DNA of 63,979 nucleotides, counting the filler, from an uncultured bacterium (GTDB taxonomy: Bacteria; Hinthialibacterota; Hinthialibacteria; Hinthialibacterales; Hinthialibacteraceae), in NCBI GenBank assembly GCA_964449065.1. It is 15 parts of 15 records of this genome, joined end to end, with 100 filler letters (N's around TTAATTAATTAA, not from the genome) between each part and the next. Parts side by side here need not be neighbours in the genome. Positions count along the whole stretch, not along the records: positions 8,819 to 13,101 come from CAYVAZ010000391.1; positions 13,202 to 17,484 come from CAYVAZ010000392.1; positions 17,585 to 21,856 come from CAYVAZ010000393.1; 12 more parts are not named here. One strand, given 5' to 3'. The notes under the pieces were generated by a model that saw only the letters and a program-made list of their open reading frames with translations, ran no database searches and was not told where the DNA came from. The position numbers and the translations under genes were made by a program. This document shows, one piece after another, positions 9,843 to 20,651 of the stretch. Every line of letters starts with the position of its first letter. Positions within the stretch are counted from its first letter, which is position 1.

Positions 9843-10925
9843 ATGAAAGAGAGTAGAAAAAAATTTATGCCGAGTGGAAAAGAAGCGTTTATTGCGGCTA
9901 TACTCATTGGATTTATTGCGGCGTGCGGAGTGTACACCTACAATCAAATGAACGTAATGATTGAGGAAGAGATTCCCGCCAATTTTGTGAGCAGTACGAC
10001 AGTGTGTCAAGTCAATTTGGATGACGCACTTGTACCTGCAGATAAAATTTTGAACGGCGGTCCCCCGAAGGACGGGATTCCATCGTTAACGAATCCGGCA
10101 TTAATTGCGGCTGGTGAGGCGGATTATTTGGATGCGGATGAACGGGTGGTTGGCATTCATTTTAACGGAGAAGCAAGAGCGTATCCCCTGCGCATTTTGG
10201 CCAAGCATGAATGTGTGAACGGATCCATCGGCGATACTCATTTCGCGGTGATTTATTGTCCCCTGTGTGATTCAACCAGTGTATTTAACCGGGAAGTAGC
10301 TGGAGAGACGTTGGAGTTTGGGATTTCCGGAAAGTTATATCAAAGCAACGTTCTTTTGTATGACCGCCAACCCGATCCCACAAAGGAAAGTTTGTGGTCG
10401 CAGATGTTCGGAAAAGCCGTTGCCGGTCCGAAAAAGGGAACCCAATTGAAAACCCTGCCGCATACGCTCGTAACATGGCAAACGTGGCAAGAAAATCATC
10501 CCCAGACAAAAGTTCTATCCCCGAAGGTCGGTTATGGAAGATACAGCCGGGAATTTTACCCGCAATATTTCGCTTCACCGAATTTGATGTTTCCCATGTA
10601 TGATGAAGAGGGAAAAGAAGTATTTAAGAATCAAGCCGATGATCTCTTTTTATTGAAGGATAAAGTTATTGGTGTGAGAGCGAACGGAAAGGCAAAGGTC
10701 TATCCGGTTGAACACATGCAATTTTCCAACGGTGGAATGGAAGATACCTTTGAAGGAAAAACGATCCGGATATCAAAAACAGAGGAAGGCGATATCTTAA
10801 TTGAAGCGGATGAAAGCTTGGATTTGTATCACAGTTTTTGGTTTGCTTGGAACGCGTTTCATCCCGAGACAGAAATATATTCCGGAGCAGGTTTTGATTT
10901 GGCGGAGTGGAAGAAGAAAAAATAG
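9843..10925 (+). CDS. DUF3179 domain protein, membrane-anchored
   Basis: GGPPKDGIPSL, ARAYPLRIL..HE.VN, YCPLC, FGISGKLYQSN..LYDR, SLWSQ, FWFAW..FHP.T motifs. N-terminal TM segment. Confidence 0.88.
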   Translation: MKESRKKFMPSGKEAFIAAILIGFIAACGVYTYNQMNVMIEEEIPANFVSSTTVCQVNLDDALVPADKILNGGPPKDGIPSLTNPALIAAGEADYLDADERVVGIHFNGEARAYPLRILAKHECVNGSIGDTHFAVIYCPLCDSTSVFNREVAGETLEFGISGKLYQSNVLLYDRQPDPTKESLWSQMFGKAVAGPKKGTQLKTLPHTLVTWQTWQENHPQTKVLSPKVGYGRYSREFYPQYFASPNLMFPMYDEEGKEVFKNQADDLFLLKDKVIGVRANGKAKVYPVEHMQFSNGGMEDTFEGKTIRISKTEEGDILIEADESLDLYHSFWFAWNAFHPETEIYSGAGFDLAEWKKKK

Positions 10926-11060
10926 GACGATTTGTAATTCGCATTAATAAATTCGTGATTAATGAAAAAGTTGATTTTTATCCAAGGTCCTAACCCTATG
11001 CTAACCCTCCCCAATCTTGGGGAGGGAATTTTCGTCTACCATTGAAATGAACCTGGATCA

Positions 11061-12068
11061 TTATTCTATATCCTCTAAGCGTAATGCGGATTCGGCAGGA
11101 ATATTGGTTTTGGCTTGTTTGCCGATCACCGCGTCGATTTGATCTGCTTGTAGAGGACCCACCGGCCGGCGGATGACCAAGTTGTGTTCTTCGATCATTT
11201 CACCTGCTTGAATATCCCTTCTTGCGTAGATGGATCGTCTTGCCATTTTGTGGATGGTCTGTTCCGCGTCTGTGAGTTCTTTTTGGCCGTTGCCAAGCAC
11301 GCTTTCTGTCTCGCGAATGAGTCTGACCATGGTCTTGAACTGCTCCGGATTGTACGAAAAAAAGTGATCCCAGCCGTCCATGTTTTGGTCGAGGGTAAAG
11401 TGTTTTTCGATGATGCAGGCTCCTAACGCCACAGCGGTTAGGGCGGCAATGTCGCTGGTGGTGTGATCGGAATAGCCGGTTAAACGATTGAAATGATTTT
11501 TTAAGAACGAGACCATGCGGATGTTGGCTTTGCCGGCAGGGCAGGGGTACGCGGAAACGCAGTGCAGCAGAACCAATTCGTTGCATTGGTTTTCTAAAAA
11601 CATTTGCAGGGCCGCATGAATTTCCGGGATGGTAGACATGCCGGTGGAACAAAATATCGGTTTGTTGGTTCTGGCTACGTGTTTTAAAAACGAAAGATGG
11701 GTAACTTCTCCCGACCCAATTTTAATTGCTTCCACATTCAAATCCATCAACAAAGATAGACTGTTTTCATCGAAGGGTGTGGAAAGGAAAAGCAGATTTT
11801 GCTCTTCTGCGTGTTGTTTTAACGATTGATAGGTTTCAAACGAAAATTCCGTTTGTTTGAATTTGTCGTAATCGGGGTGATCCGGAGGGAACAGTTCGTT
11901 GGTTTGATAGGTTTGAAATTTGATGGCATTTGCGCCGCATTCTGCCGCGGCGTCAATCAGGCGGTGCGCGATCAAAGGGTCTCCGTTGTGGTTCAATCCG
12001 GCCTCGGCGATGATAAAGCAGGGGTTGCCATCACCGATTGTATGTTGTTTCAAGACAATTGTATTCAT
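11061..12068 (-). CDS. N-acetylneuraminate synthase family protein (NeuB/SpsE-like) with C-terminal SAF domain
   Basis: IIAEAGLNHNGD, KFQT, STPFD, KIGSGE, LHCVSAYP, GYSDHT, IEKHFTLD, RRSIYA. Confidence 0.93.
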   Translation of the reverse strand: MNTIVLKQHTIGDGNPCFIIAEAGLNHNGDPLIAHRLIDAAAECGANAIKFQTYQTNELFPPDHPDYDKFKQTEFSFETYQSLKQHAEEQNLLFLSTPFDENSLSLLMDLNVEAIKIGSGEVTHLSFLKHVARTNKPIFCSTGMSTIPEIHAALQMFLENQCNELVLLHCVSAYPCPAGKANIRMVSFLKNHFNRLTGYSDHTTSDIAALTAVALGACIIEKHFTLDQNMDGWDHFFSYNPEQFKTMVRLIRETESVLGNGQKELTDAEQTIHKMARRSIYARRDIQAGEMIEEHNLVIRRPVGPLQADQIDAVIGKQAKTNIPAESALRLEDIE

Positions 12069-12171
12069 CTATACAGAACCTCATCCCCCTGATTGCTGTC
12101 CTCTTTATATCTATAATCTTACACTCATTTACAGGAATATTTAAGAAACATACAGAAAGTGAAAAAGGTTG

Positions 12172-12897
12172 ATGAAGACACCCGGCAATATTAAAGAGAT
12201 TCAAGAATTATTAAAAGACCATGAACAGCATCAGTATTTAGTGGACGCGATGGGAATTGACGATGTTTGGCGCGTGTTTCGTATCATGGCTGAATTTGCG
12301 GAATCGTTTGAGATCCTTAGTAAACTTCCGTATGCTGTAACCATTTTTGGTTCAGCCCGAACCCAGGAGCATCACGAGAATTATCAAAACGCCCGGAAAT
12401 TGGCGGCCGAAATCGCGGGCTTCAATTTTGCCACCATAACCGGGGGCGGTCCGGGTATTATGGAGGCAGCAAACCGCGGGGCATTTGAAGCGGGCGGGAT
12501 ATCGATTGGATTGAATATTGAGTTGCCGATGGAGCAAAAACCGAATCCGTTTACTACGATGACGATCAACTACCATTATTTTTTTACGCGCAAAGTGATG
12601 CTGGTGAAATATTCGGTGGCCTTTGTCATTTTTCCAGGAGGATACGGAACGCTGGATGAGTTGTTTGAATCGTTAACTTTAATCCAAACAAACCGTATTA
12701 AGACATTTCCTGTCATCCTATTCGGGCGGTCCTATTGGTCTGGATTGATCGATTGGATCAAAGAAGTGATGCTGGAACACAAAAACATCAGCGAAGAGGA
12801 CATAACCTTATTTCATGTAACCGATTCAATTGATGAGGCGGTAGAGATTATCAAATCGTCGAATTTGATCGGTGAGAAACAAAATGAAACACCATGA
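12172..12897 (+). CDS. LOG family nucleotide phosphoribohydrolase (TIGR00730-type)
   Basis: VTIFGSAR, TGGGPGIMEAANRGA, FFTRKVML, PGGYGTLDELFE. Confidence 0.93.
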   Translation: MKTPGNIKEIQELLKDHEQHQYLVDAMGIDDVWRVFRIMAEFAESFEILSKLPYAVTIFGSARTQEHHENYQNARKLAAEIAGFNFATITGGGPGIMEAANRGAFEAGGISIGLNIELPMEQKPNPFTTMTINYHYFFTRKVMLVKYSVAFVIFPGGYGTLDELFESLTLIQTNRIKTFPVILFGRSYWSGLIDWIKEVMLEHKNISEEDITLFHVTDSIDEAVEIIKSSNLIGEKQNETP

Positions 12898-12974
12898 ATT
12901 ATCAAAGGGTATGAGCTACTTCGATTCGTTCATCCCATGCGAGCGTTTCAGAGTTGGATAGACAGAATTTCTCG

Positions 12975-13101
12975 TTGTTTCCCCCTTATTAAGGAGGGTA
13001 GGGAGCAATGTCATTGACTGAAGGAAATCAACCTGAAAAACAACGCATTGTCTCCCCCAAAGCATTTGGGGGAGATGTCCGACGCAAGGAGGACAGAGGG
13101 G
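12975..13101. repeat. Repeat cluster at contig end. 13080-13101 is the reverse complement of 21835-21856
   Basis: ccccttattaaggaggg and ctcccccaaagcatttgggggag palindromes. cgacgcaaggaggacagagggg is shared with the end of contig 5. Confidence 0.7.
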
Positions 13102-13336
13102 NNNNNNNNNNNNNNNNNNNNNNNNNNNNNNNNNNNNNNNNNNNNTTAATTAATTAANNNNNNNNNNNNNNNNNNNNNNNNNNNNNNNNNNNNNNNNNNN
13201 NATTTCATGTGGATGGTTAAGGTATCACCCATCATGTCAGCCTTGATGAACTACTACGCTTCAAGATAGACTTTCTAACTTTATGCAAGATTATGCAAGA
13301 TTTGAACTTGTATTTACAGATGAAGGATCTATCGCA

Positions 13337-14434
13337 ATGGAAAAACGTGTTTACAATTTTTCTCCCGGCCCGGCAGTATTGCCTCTGCCTGTATTGCAAG
13401 AAGCACAAGAAAACTTGCTATCTTTACCCGGCGTAGGCGCATCCATCCTCGAAATCAGCCACCGTTCCCATACCAGCAAAGACTTGTTTGCATCCACTCA
13501 AGAAAACTTAAAAAAACTGTTGCAGATACCTGATAACTATAAAATTCTATTTGTCCAAGGCGGAGCAACGCTGCAATTCGCGATGATACCAATGAACTTT
13601 CAAAATGAATCACAATCTTCCGATTACATCGTAACCGGTTCATGGGGAGAAAAAGCCGTGAAAGAAGCAGCCAACCTGAGAAATCACCGTCTTGCCTGGA
13701 GCGGCAAAGAAGATAACTTCGTCTGCGTACCTAAGCAGGAAGAATTGGACTTGGATTCCAACGCGGCTTATGTCCATTTCACCTCAAACGAAACGATTCA
13801 GGGCGTCGAATTTCGGTCTGAACCAGAAACAAGTGGCGTTCCGCTGATTTGCGATATGTCATCCGATTTCTTGAGCCGCCCGGTTGATATCAACAAATAT
13901 GGAATGATCTATGCCGGAGCGCAGAAAAACGCCGGGCCTTCCGGGGTGTGTATAGTGATTGTCCGGGAAGACTTGCTCGAACGCGTACCGGATAACCTCC
14001 CAATGCTATTGAACTACAAAGAGATTGCAGCAAACGATTCAATGCTGAATACGCCTCCAGTATTTCCGGTTTATATCGTAAATCTGGTCACCAAGTGGCT
14101 GCTAAATGAAATCGGCGGACTGGAAAACATACATAGGCTTAACCAAGAGAAAGCACAATATCTTTATGACGCCATTGATCAAAGCAACGGCTATTTCGAC
14201 GGCCATGCAGATAAAGACAGCCGCTCATTGATGAACGTGACCTGGCGGATGCCCACCGATGATATACAAAAACGTTTTCTAGATGGAGCAATAGATCGTG
14301 ATTTAACCGAACTGAAAGGACACCGTTCGGTAGGAGGGATTCGGGCTTCCATCTATAATGCCATGCCAAAAGAAGGTGTGAAAAAACTGGCGGAATTCAT
14401 GGATGAATTTCGTAAGAATAATCCGGTGTTGTAA
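13337..14434 (+). CDS. serC: Phosphoserine aminotransferase
   Basis: NFSPGPAVLP, EISHRS, QGGATLQF, NETIQGVEF, DMSS, YAGAQKNAGPSG, GHRSVGGIRASIYNA. Confidence 0.97.
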   Translation: MEKRVYNFSPGPAVLPLPVLQEAQENLLSLPGVGASILEISHRSHTSKDLFASTQENLKKLLQIPDNYKILFVQGGATLQFAMIPMNFQNESQSSDYIVTGSWGEKAVKEAANLRNHRLAWSGKEDNFVCVPKQEELDLDSNAAYVHFTSNETIQGVEFRSEPETSGVPLICDMSSDFLSRPVDINKYGMIYAGAQKNAGPSGVCIVIVREDLLERVPDNLPMLLNYKEIAANDSMLNTPPVFPVYIVNLVTKWLLNEIGGLENIHRLNQEKAQYLYDAIDQSNGYFDGHADKDSRSLMNVTWRMPTDDIQKRFLDGAIDRDLTELKGHRSVGGIRASIYNAMPKEGVKKLAEFMDEFRKNNPVL

Positions 14435-14508
14435 TGTTAAGAAAGAAATTCATCTAAATTTCCCGGTTCAGAGAAAAGTATGATAATGTATGAGACTGGT
14501 ATTTCATC

Positions 14509-15548
14509 ATGGAATATGACAACGTCTGTAAGCTTCTTTGCAAATTGTTCCCTACCCAATATGCCAGTTGGACAGTCAAAGATATAACCACTCCCGTCAC
14601 CGTGTTGGAACAGGAGTTGAGCATTGAACCGGTTCGGGCTGATTCGGTAATTTTCTTGCAGACAGCAGACCAGATACTTCATCTGGAATTTCAACTCGGC
14701 GTGGGAAACAGCAATCCTCCGCTTCCGTTACGGATGTTGGATTATTGGGTGCGCTTGTTTCGACTTTATGGTCTTCCGGTGGTGCAAGTGGTTGTATTGC
14801 TAAAGGATTCTCCGGCGGCGAGAGTGTTGAAACCTGAATTCAAGTTTGGGAACACTTTTCATTCGTTTCATATCATACGCGTGTGGGAAGAGGAACCCGA
14901 CTGGTTATTGAAGGATAAGGCTTTGTTTCCTCTGGCAGTATTGTGTAAAACTAAAAACCCAGAAGCCTTATTAAACCGGGTTGCTGAACAGGTAAAAAAG
15001 ATAGATAATATTGATGAACGAACTTTGATTTCCAATTGTACGCAAATACTGGCTGGTTTGCGGTATGAAGCAAAACAAATTCATCAGGTATTTAAAGAGG
15101 GAATTATGCGTGAATCAGTTATTTACCAAGAAATTCTTCAAGAAGGTCTACAAGAAGGACGGCAAGCAGGGCTCTTAGAAGGGCGGCAAGAAGGACGTCA
15201 AGAAGGACGGCAAGAAGGACAGTTGTCGATCATCACCCGTTTATTGCAACGAANNNNNNNNNNNNNNNNNNNNNNNNNNNNNNNNNNNNNNNNNNNNNNN
15301 NNNNNNNNNNNNNNNNNNNNNNNNNNNNNNNNNNNNNNNNNNNNNNNNNNNNNCAAGAAGGACGGCAAGAAGGACAGTTGTCGATCATCACCCGTTTATT
15401 GCAACGAAAATTCGGTCCGGTTGAGTCAACTCTATATGAACAACTTCAACAGCTTCCTACCAACCAATTGGAAGAGCTTGTGGATTTGATATTTGAGTTC
15501 CATGATGTGAACGATTTTAAAGTATGGTTACAGAACAAACTTTCTTAA
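14509..15548 (+). CDS. Rpn family recombination-promoting nuclease/putative transposase with DUF4351-like C-terminus (copy 1, spans a false gap)
   Basis: YDN..K.L, RADSVIFL, HLEFQ, RMLDY, MRESVIYQEI, (QEGR)n. The sequence either side of the gap overlaps, and the frame continues to ...WLQNKLS* at 15548. Confidence 0.88.
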
Positions 15549-15658
15549 CCATAAAATGTTAACGAAAATCTAAGGCATCATTTTCATCCTTTGCTTGATT
15601 TCATTTAGAATTGGATGCCCTGCAATACAAAAATTAAATATGATACGAAGATGTGTTT

Positions 15659-16846
15659 ATGAAAAGCATTATTCCAGAAGACCGTTGGCAATCGATAGAC
15701 TTATCGCATGAAGAAGTGCAGCGCTACAGCCGCCACCTCATTATGCCCGAAGTAACGAAAGAAGGGCAGTTGAAACTTAAAGCTTCAAAGGTGCTGTTAG
15801 TCGGTTCCGGAGGGTTAGGCTCTCCACTGGCTTTGTATTTGTCAGCTGCCGGAATTGGCACGTTGGGTTTGGTGGATTTTGATGTGGTGGATTACACAAA
15901 CCTGCATCGGCAAGTAATTCATTTCACCGATGATGTAGGTAAGCCCAAGATCGAATCGGCAACCGAAAAGATCAACAAGATCAATCCGGAAGTGAATGTT
16001 GTTCCATACAACACGCAATTGACTTCTGAAAATGCCCTGGATATTATCAAAGAGTATGACTTGGTTATTGACGGTACCGATAATTTCCCCACACGCTACC
16101 TCGTAAATGATGCATGTGTTTTATTGAATAAGCCGAATGTGTATGGCAGCATCTTTCGCTTTGAAGGGCAGACGACTGTCTTTTGCGCAGGTGAGGACGC
16201 GCCATGCTACCGCTGTTTGTATCCGGAACCTCCACCGCCCGGTATGGTGCCGAGTTGTGCGGAGGGTGGAGTATTGGGCATTTTGCCGGGTTTGATCGGT
16301 CTGGTTCAAGCAACCGAAGCCGTTAAGTTAATTCTTGGAATTGGCGATCCCTTAATCGGCCGCCTGCAATTGTTTGACGCGCTGGAGATGAGATGGCGTC
16401 AACTCAAACTTCGCAAGAATCCGGATTGCCCGGCTTGTGGAAAAAATCCAACCGTTACGAAACTCATTGATTATCAACAATTTTGTGGAATTACGAGAGG
16501 AGAGGAAGAACAAACCATGTCCGGAAGCTTTTCTGATATCACACCTGCAGAGTTAAAAGAACGTATCGATAAGGGAGATAAACTGGTCTTGCTGGATGTT
16601 CGCGAAGACCACGAACTGGAAATCAGCAAACTGCCGAACATTATTCATATTCCCATGAATGATGTCCCTGAACGAGTGCATGAACTCGATTCAGCCGATG
16701 AGATTGTGTGTATTTGCCGAAGCGGCGGCCGCAGTGCTAACGTTGCTGGATTTTTGATACAATCCGGCTTTACCAAAGTTCACAACATGGTCGGCGGGAT
16801 GAACGGCTACGCTCAGCAGGTCGATCAGAGTATACCGGTTTATTAG
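15659..16846 (+). CDS. moeB: MoeB/MoeZ-type adenylyltransferase (ThiF/E1-like) with C-terminal rhodanese domain
   Basis: RYSRHL, GSGGLGSP, NLHRQ, DGTDNFPTRYLVNDAC, CYRC, SCAEGGVLG, CPAC, rhodanese DVRE..E / CRSGGRS. Confidence 0.93.
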   Translation: MKSIIPEDRWQSIDLSHEEVQRYSRHLIMPEVTKEGQLKLKASKVLLVGSGGLGSPLALYLSAAGIGTLGLVDFDVVDYTNLHRQVIHFTDDVGKPKIESATEKINKINPEVNVVPYNTQLTSENALDIIKEYDLVIDGTDNFPTRYLVNDACVLLNKPNVYGSIFRFEGQTTVFCAGEDAPCYRCLYPEPPPPGMVPSCAEGGVLGILPGLIGLVQATEAVKLILGIGDPLIGRLQLFDALEMRWRQLKLRKNPDCPACGKNPTVTKLIDYQQFCGITRGEEEQTMSGSFSDITPAELKERIDKGDKLVLLDVREDHELEISKLPNIIHIPMNDVPERVHELDSADEIVCICRSGGRSANVAGFLIQSGFTKVHNMVGGMNGYAQQVDQSIPVY

Positions 16847-16993
16847 ATTTTTTTCCCCAATCCCCATATTTTCAGTTGACCTTTTTTAAACATCCATTAT
16901 TCTAAATTCATATTTTGAATTCTAAATTCTCTTGTCCGGTATGGAATATACCGCTGACAGGGGCGAAGCCTACTTAAACAGATACATTATACT

Positions 16994-17484
16994 ATGTGTG
17001 GAATATTCGGATTCTATCTCAACCATCCTCTTGATGATGATATCATCCATCAAGGGGTATCAGCAAATAATACTCTTGCTCACCGCGGCCCGGATGGGGA
17101 AGGGGCGTGGTATGAGAAAGAGACGGGAATCTTTCTTGCGCATCGCCGTTTATCGATTATTGATTTAGACCAACGCAGCAGCCAGCCGATGGTTCGGGAT
17201 AATCTTGTACTCACCTTCAATGGAGAAATCTACAATTACATTGAATTAAAGCAGGAACTGATTTCACTTGGCCACGCGTTTTACACCGAATCGGATACAG
17301 AAGTGATTCTAGCCGCCTATCAACAGTGGGGAGAAGACTGCTTACACCGTTTTGATGGTATGTTTGCCTTTGCGTTGTGGAACAAATCCAATCAATCGTT
17401 ATTGCTGGTACGCGATCCCTTTGGGGAAAAGCCGTTGTACTGGGCACGGCTGAATGATGGAATCTATTTTGCATCAGAAATCAA
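16994..17484 (+). CDS. asnB: Asparagine synthase (glutamine-hydrolysing) family, 3'-partial
   Basis: MCGIFG, HRGPD, HRRLSIIDL, FNGEIYNY, SDTEV, GMFAFALW, RDPFGEKPLY. Confidence 0.9.
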
Positions 17485-17842
17485 NNNNNNNNNNNNNNNN
17501 NNNNNNNNNNNNNNNNNNNNNNNNNNNNTTAATTAATTAANNNNNNNNNNNNNNNNNNNNNNNNNNNNNNNNNNNNNNNNNNNNCTTGGGTTGTAAAGGG
17601 GTAGAAAGCATATTTTCTTCAATCGGCTAAACTGTTACCCGTTTTGATGAACCGCTGAAATAGCTGCATCTATTAATGTGTTCATTCCACTTCTCTCAGA
17701 TTAGATTTTGATGTTCTCTTACCAAATCTTCCGCTTTACTGAGTTCTTTTACTTTCAACCCATGGGATGTCCGAAGTTCGATATGATCCTCTATAATGAA
17801 AACCGCCTCTCCTCCGCCATACCGTACATGAACATGCACAGC

Positions 17843-17932
17843 ATGGCTCACTCACAATACAACATCATCCTGCGTCCGGATCCGGAAAGCGGATTCACCG
17901 TGCTGGAGTCCAGCCTGCATCTCGTACTGTGA
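17843..17932 (+). pseudogene. Possible degenerate HicB-family antitoxin fragment
   Basis: YNIILRPDPESGFTVL..SL resembles the HicB N-terminal strand-turn motif, then terminates early. Confidence 0.35.
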
Positions 17933-18151
17933 AGCCATCGAAAAATCCCATACCGTGATCAAAAAAGCCGATATCTCATTTGCTTCGGCAATAAAGATAG
18001 GTACCCTTAATTCAAATGCTCCTTGTAGGCAGGATTCGCATGATACGTGTAAATCGAGGTTTATGTGTTATATTAAAGTAATAGAGATTATTGACAACGT
18101 CCGGTGGATTATCACGACACAACCCATTTACAATTCTTTTATGGAGATTAT

Positions 18152-18958
18152 ATGAAAACCGTCAATCTTTCTTTTCTATTTGCATTTTTATTTTGTATTG
18201 TAGATATTAATAGTACTCAAGCCGCCCATACTATCTTCACTTGCAATTTTGAAGATGCCGATTGGCACAACGCCTGGGGAGTGGAGAACCTGCCCCGCAA
18301 TGTCAGTCTGGTTGAAGAAGATGACGCGCTGAAATTCAAACCGCACAGCGGCAAAGCCCTCAAAATCCGTGTGGAAAAAGACGGCCATTACGGCACCAGC
18401 TTTGGATATGACTTCAAAGAGCAGATTGGCTTTGAGCCGGAAGAAATTTACTTTCGCTACTTCATCCGTATGGCGGATGACTGGTCGGCGGAACGCGGCG
18501 GCAAACTGCCCGGTATCGCCGGCACCTACGGCACCGCCGGCTGGGGAGGCCGCCCGGTGCACGGCGATGACGGCTGGTCGGCCCGGGGCCTGTTTCAAGG
18601 GGTGAAAAACGGCAAAACGCCCATCGGCTTCTATTGTTATCACATGGATATGAAAGGCCTATACGGCAGCGGCTGGGTGTGGGAAGAAAGCGGCTTTGAA
18701 GGTCTGGAGAAAAACCGCTGGCATGCGATTCAGCAATACGGCAAGATGAATGATGTCGGCAAGGCGAACGGAATCTTAAAAGCATGGGTGGATGGCAAGG
18801 TGGTTTTCGAAAAAACAGACATCCGCTTTCGCAGCGATGAAAAGTTAAAGATCGAAAACGTGTGGATCAACGTATATTTAGGCGGCAAATGGACCGCCCA
18901 AACCGAGCACCATCTCTATATCGATGATGTCGCGATATCCAAGACGTTTATTGAATAA
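18152..18958 (+). CDS. Secreted polysaccharide lyase-like protein (PL14-like jelly roll)
   Basis: Signal peptide; EEIYFRYFI, GGKLPGIAG, GWSARG, YCYH, NGILKAWVDG, YIDDVAIS. Confidence 0.7.
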   Translation: MKTVNLSFLFAFLFCIVDINSTQAAHTIFTCNFEDADWHNAWGVENLPRNVSLVEEDDALKFKPHSGKALKIRVEKDGHYGTSFGYDFKEQIGFEPEEIYFRYFIRMADDWSAERGGKLPGIAGTYGTAGWGGRPVHGDDGWSARGLFQGVKNGKTPIGFYCYHMDMKGLYGSGWVWEESGFEGLEKNRWHAIQQYGKMNDVGKANGILKAWVDGKVVFEKTDIRFRSDEKLKIENVWINVYLGGKWTAQTEHHLYIDDVAISKTFIE

Positions 18959-18995
18959 TCCTTTTTCACCACAGAGGCACGGAGAACACGGAGTT

Positions 18996-20471
18996 TCAAT
19001 TAATATGTATTGGAAACTCCCGATACTCACCATTTAATGTCCAGCGGATGAGGTATTCACCGGGTTGGATATCATCCGTATCCCATTGGTGAATTAAAAT
19101 TCGCGCGTTGTCTTCTTGATCCTGCTTGCGGATACCGGCGATCTTCATTTTGCCGTCAGCAGAATAGAGTTCAATGACAATAGTGCCTTTCACTCTGGTT
19201 TGGCAAACGATGTTTGTGGTTTCCCCTGCATTGAAATGGCTAGGCATGGCCGCCGCCATGATAAAGTTCTTGGTGCTGTTGAAGGGGCGGTCTAAGACGG
19301 TGACCGGCAACGCATCATACTTCCGTTCAAAGCGGACGGGTGAATCATACGCTTTGCCGGAAAGTTCCCGCGCTGTTTGGCTGAAATCCGCCAGTCCTGT
19401 CCAGAGTGTACCTGCAAGTTCGCTAAAGTGTCCGCCCGGCGGCTCTTTGATCGAAGGCTCTCCCAACGCGGCGACTTCAACCGCGTAGTTCGAGTTCCGC
19501 CACTTTGGATTCTCTTGATCCCCGATCCACATCACGTTGATGTTGGTGTTGATGATCCGTTCAATATCGGTTTTGTCGAATGTAATGCCGGACTGATATG
19601 CTTCGGCGATTTCATGCACTTCTCCCGCCTGGTAGTTGCGGTAGGGATGCACATTGACCCAATGCCGCAGTTCATGGGTTGAGCCGGGTTTCAGATCCCA
19701 CTCACCAAACGGTTCCCAATAGTTCCAAATGTAATGATTCTTATACAGGCAAAAGCGGCTTTTCAAGTAGTTAAAGATTTTCAGCGCTTCATCGCGGTAG
19801 CGTTCGTCTCCGGTAATGCGGTAAATGCGCAGGCAGGCAATACCCATTGAGTTTTGCTTATTGAAAGGAAGAGTTAGATTCGACCGTCTCGCCGGAAGCG
19901 GGCGCCACGCGGTAAGGTCACCGGCGGTCATGTATTGATCCCACGCTTTATAGGCTCCGTAAGGCCCGTCTTCATGCCACGTGCCGCGCTCATGCCATTT
20001 TTCGATCAGATGCTTCTTCGCCAATTGCAGGTATTCATTCGCTTTGTTTTGATATGCGTTCTTGATTTCAAGACCATCATGTTTCAGCACAGTTTCGCTG
20101 AAATCAAGCATGGGATTGATGAGAATCGCATCGCCGATATGAACGTCGCAGATAAATTCTTTGTCATAAATATACGGCCCCACCCAGCCTTTGTAGCCAT
20201 CCGGAGATGTATGCATCCGTTTGATAAGGGCATTGTAATACTTGACCGCCGCATCCAGATAGGTGATATCATTTGTGCGGCGGTAATCATTCATGAAGTT
20301 ATCCATATTGTACGCCGCGTGCCAGCACTGCCCTTCTCCGGTAATGGTATCATCGTCTTGCAGCAGCGGGGTGCGCATGCGGCTTTGCAGCAGGTCATCC
20401 GCAGATGGTTGTGCATGGGTGATGTTGAAAGAAGTTAACAAGATGAGTGTGGTTATGATGAAGAGTTGCAT
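18996..20471 (-). CDS. Secreted hypothetical protein, probable alpha/alpha-barrel carbohydrate-active enzyme with Ig-like C-terminus
   Basis: Signal peptide, LRIYRITGDERYRDEA-type barrel helices, C-terminal WD....PGEY strand domain. Confidence 0.55.
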   Translation of the reverse strand: MQLFIITTLILLTSFNITHAQPSADDLLQSRMRTPLLQDDDTITGEGQCWHAAYNMDNFMNDYRRTNDITYLDAAVKYYNALIKRMHTSPDGYKGWVGPYIYDKEFICDVHIGDAILINPMLDFSETVLKHDGLEIKNAYQNKANEYLQLAKKHLIEKWHERGTWHEDGPYGAYKAWDQYMTAGDLTAWRPLPARRSNLTLPFNKQNSMGIACLRIYRITGDERYRDEALKIFNYLKSRFCLYKNHYIWNYWEPFGEWDLKPGSTHELRHWVNVHPYRNYQAGEVHEIAEAYQSGITFDKTDIERIINTNINVMWIGDQENPKWRNSNYAVEVAALGEPSIKEPPGGHFSELAGTLWTGLADFSQTARELSGKAYDSPVRFERKYDALPVTVLDRPFNSTKNFIMAAAMPSHFNAGETTNIVCQTRVKGTIVIELYSADGKMKIAGIRKQDQEDNARILIHQWDTDDIQPGEYLIRWTLNGEYREFPIHIN

Positions 20472-20651
20472 GGAAAATCCTCTGTCAGTGGTTATTCTAT
20501 TACTTTATAGGCGGTTTCGGTTTTGGGTAACCGTAAAGGAATGTAAATATACAGGGGTAAATAGTAAATCCTTCAGCAACGATTCTGTTCCCGGCTTCTA
20601 TCTTTTATGATATAGTTCCAATCTTATCGTATCTCCGGTAGATTTTATAAA

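Noticed and set aside
15198..15408. Tandem duplication or frameshift in Rpn copy 1
   Set aside because: About 55 nt are identical on both sides of the N gap. This is a scaffolding artefact at the QEGR repeat, and the frame is continuous when merged.
15659..16846. E1-like enzyme as part of a CBASS/ubiquitin-like defence system
   Set aside because: Ordinary MoeB-rhodanese architecture, with no E2, JAB or cyclase on the contig.
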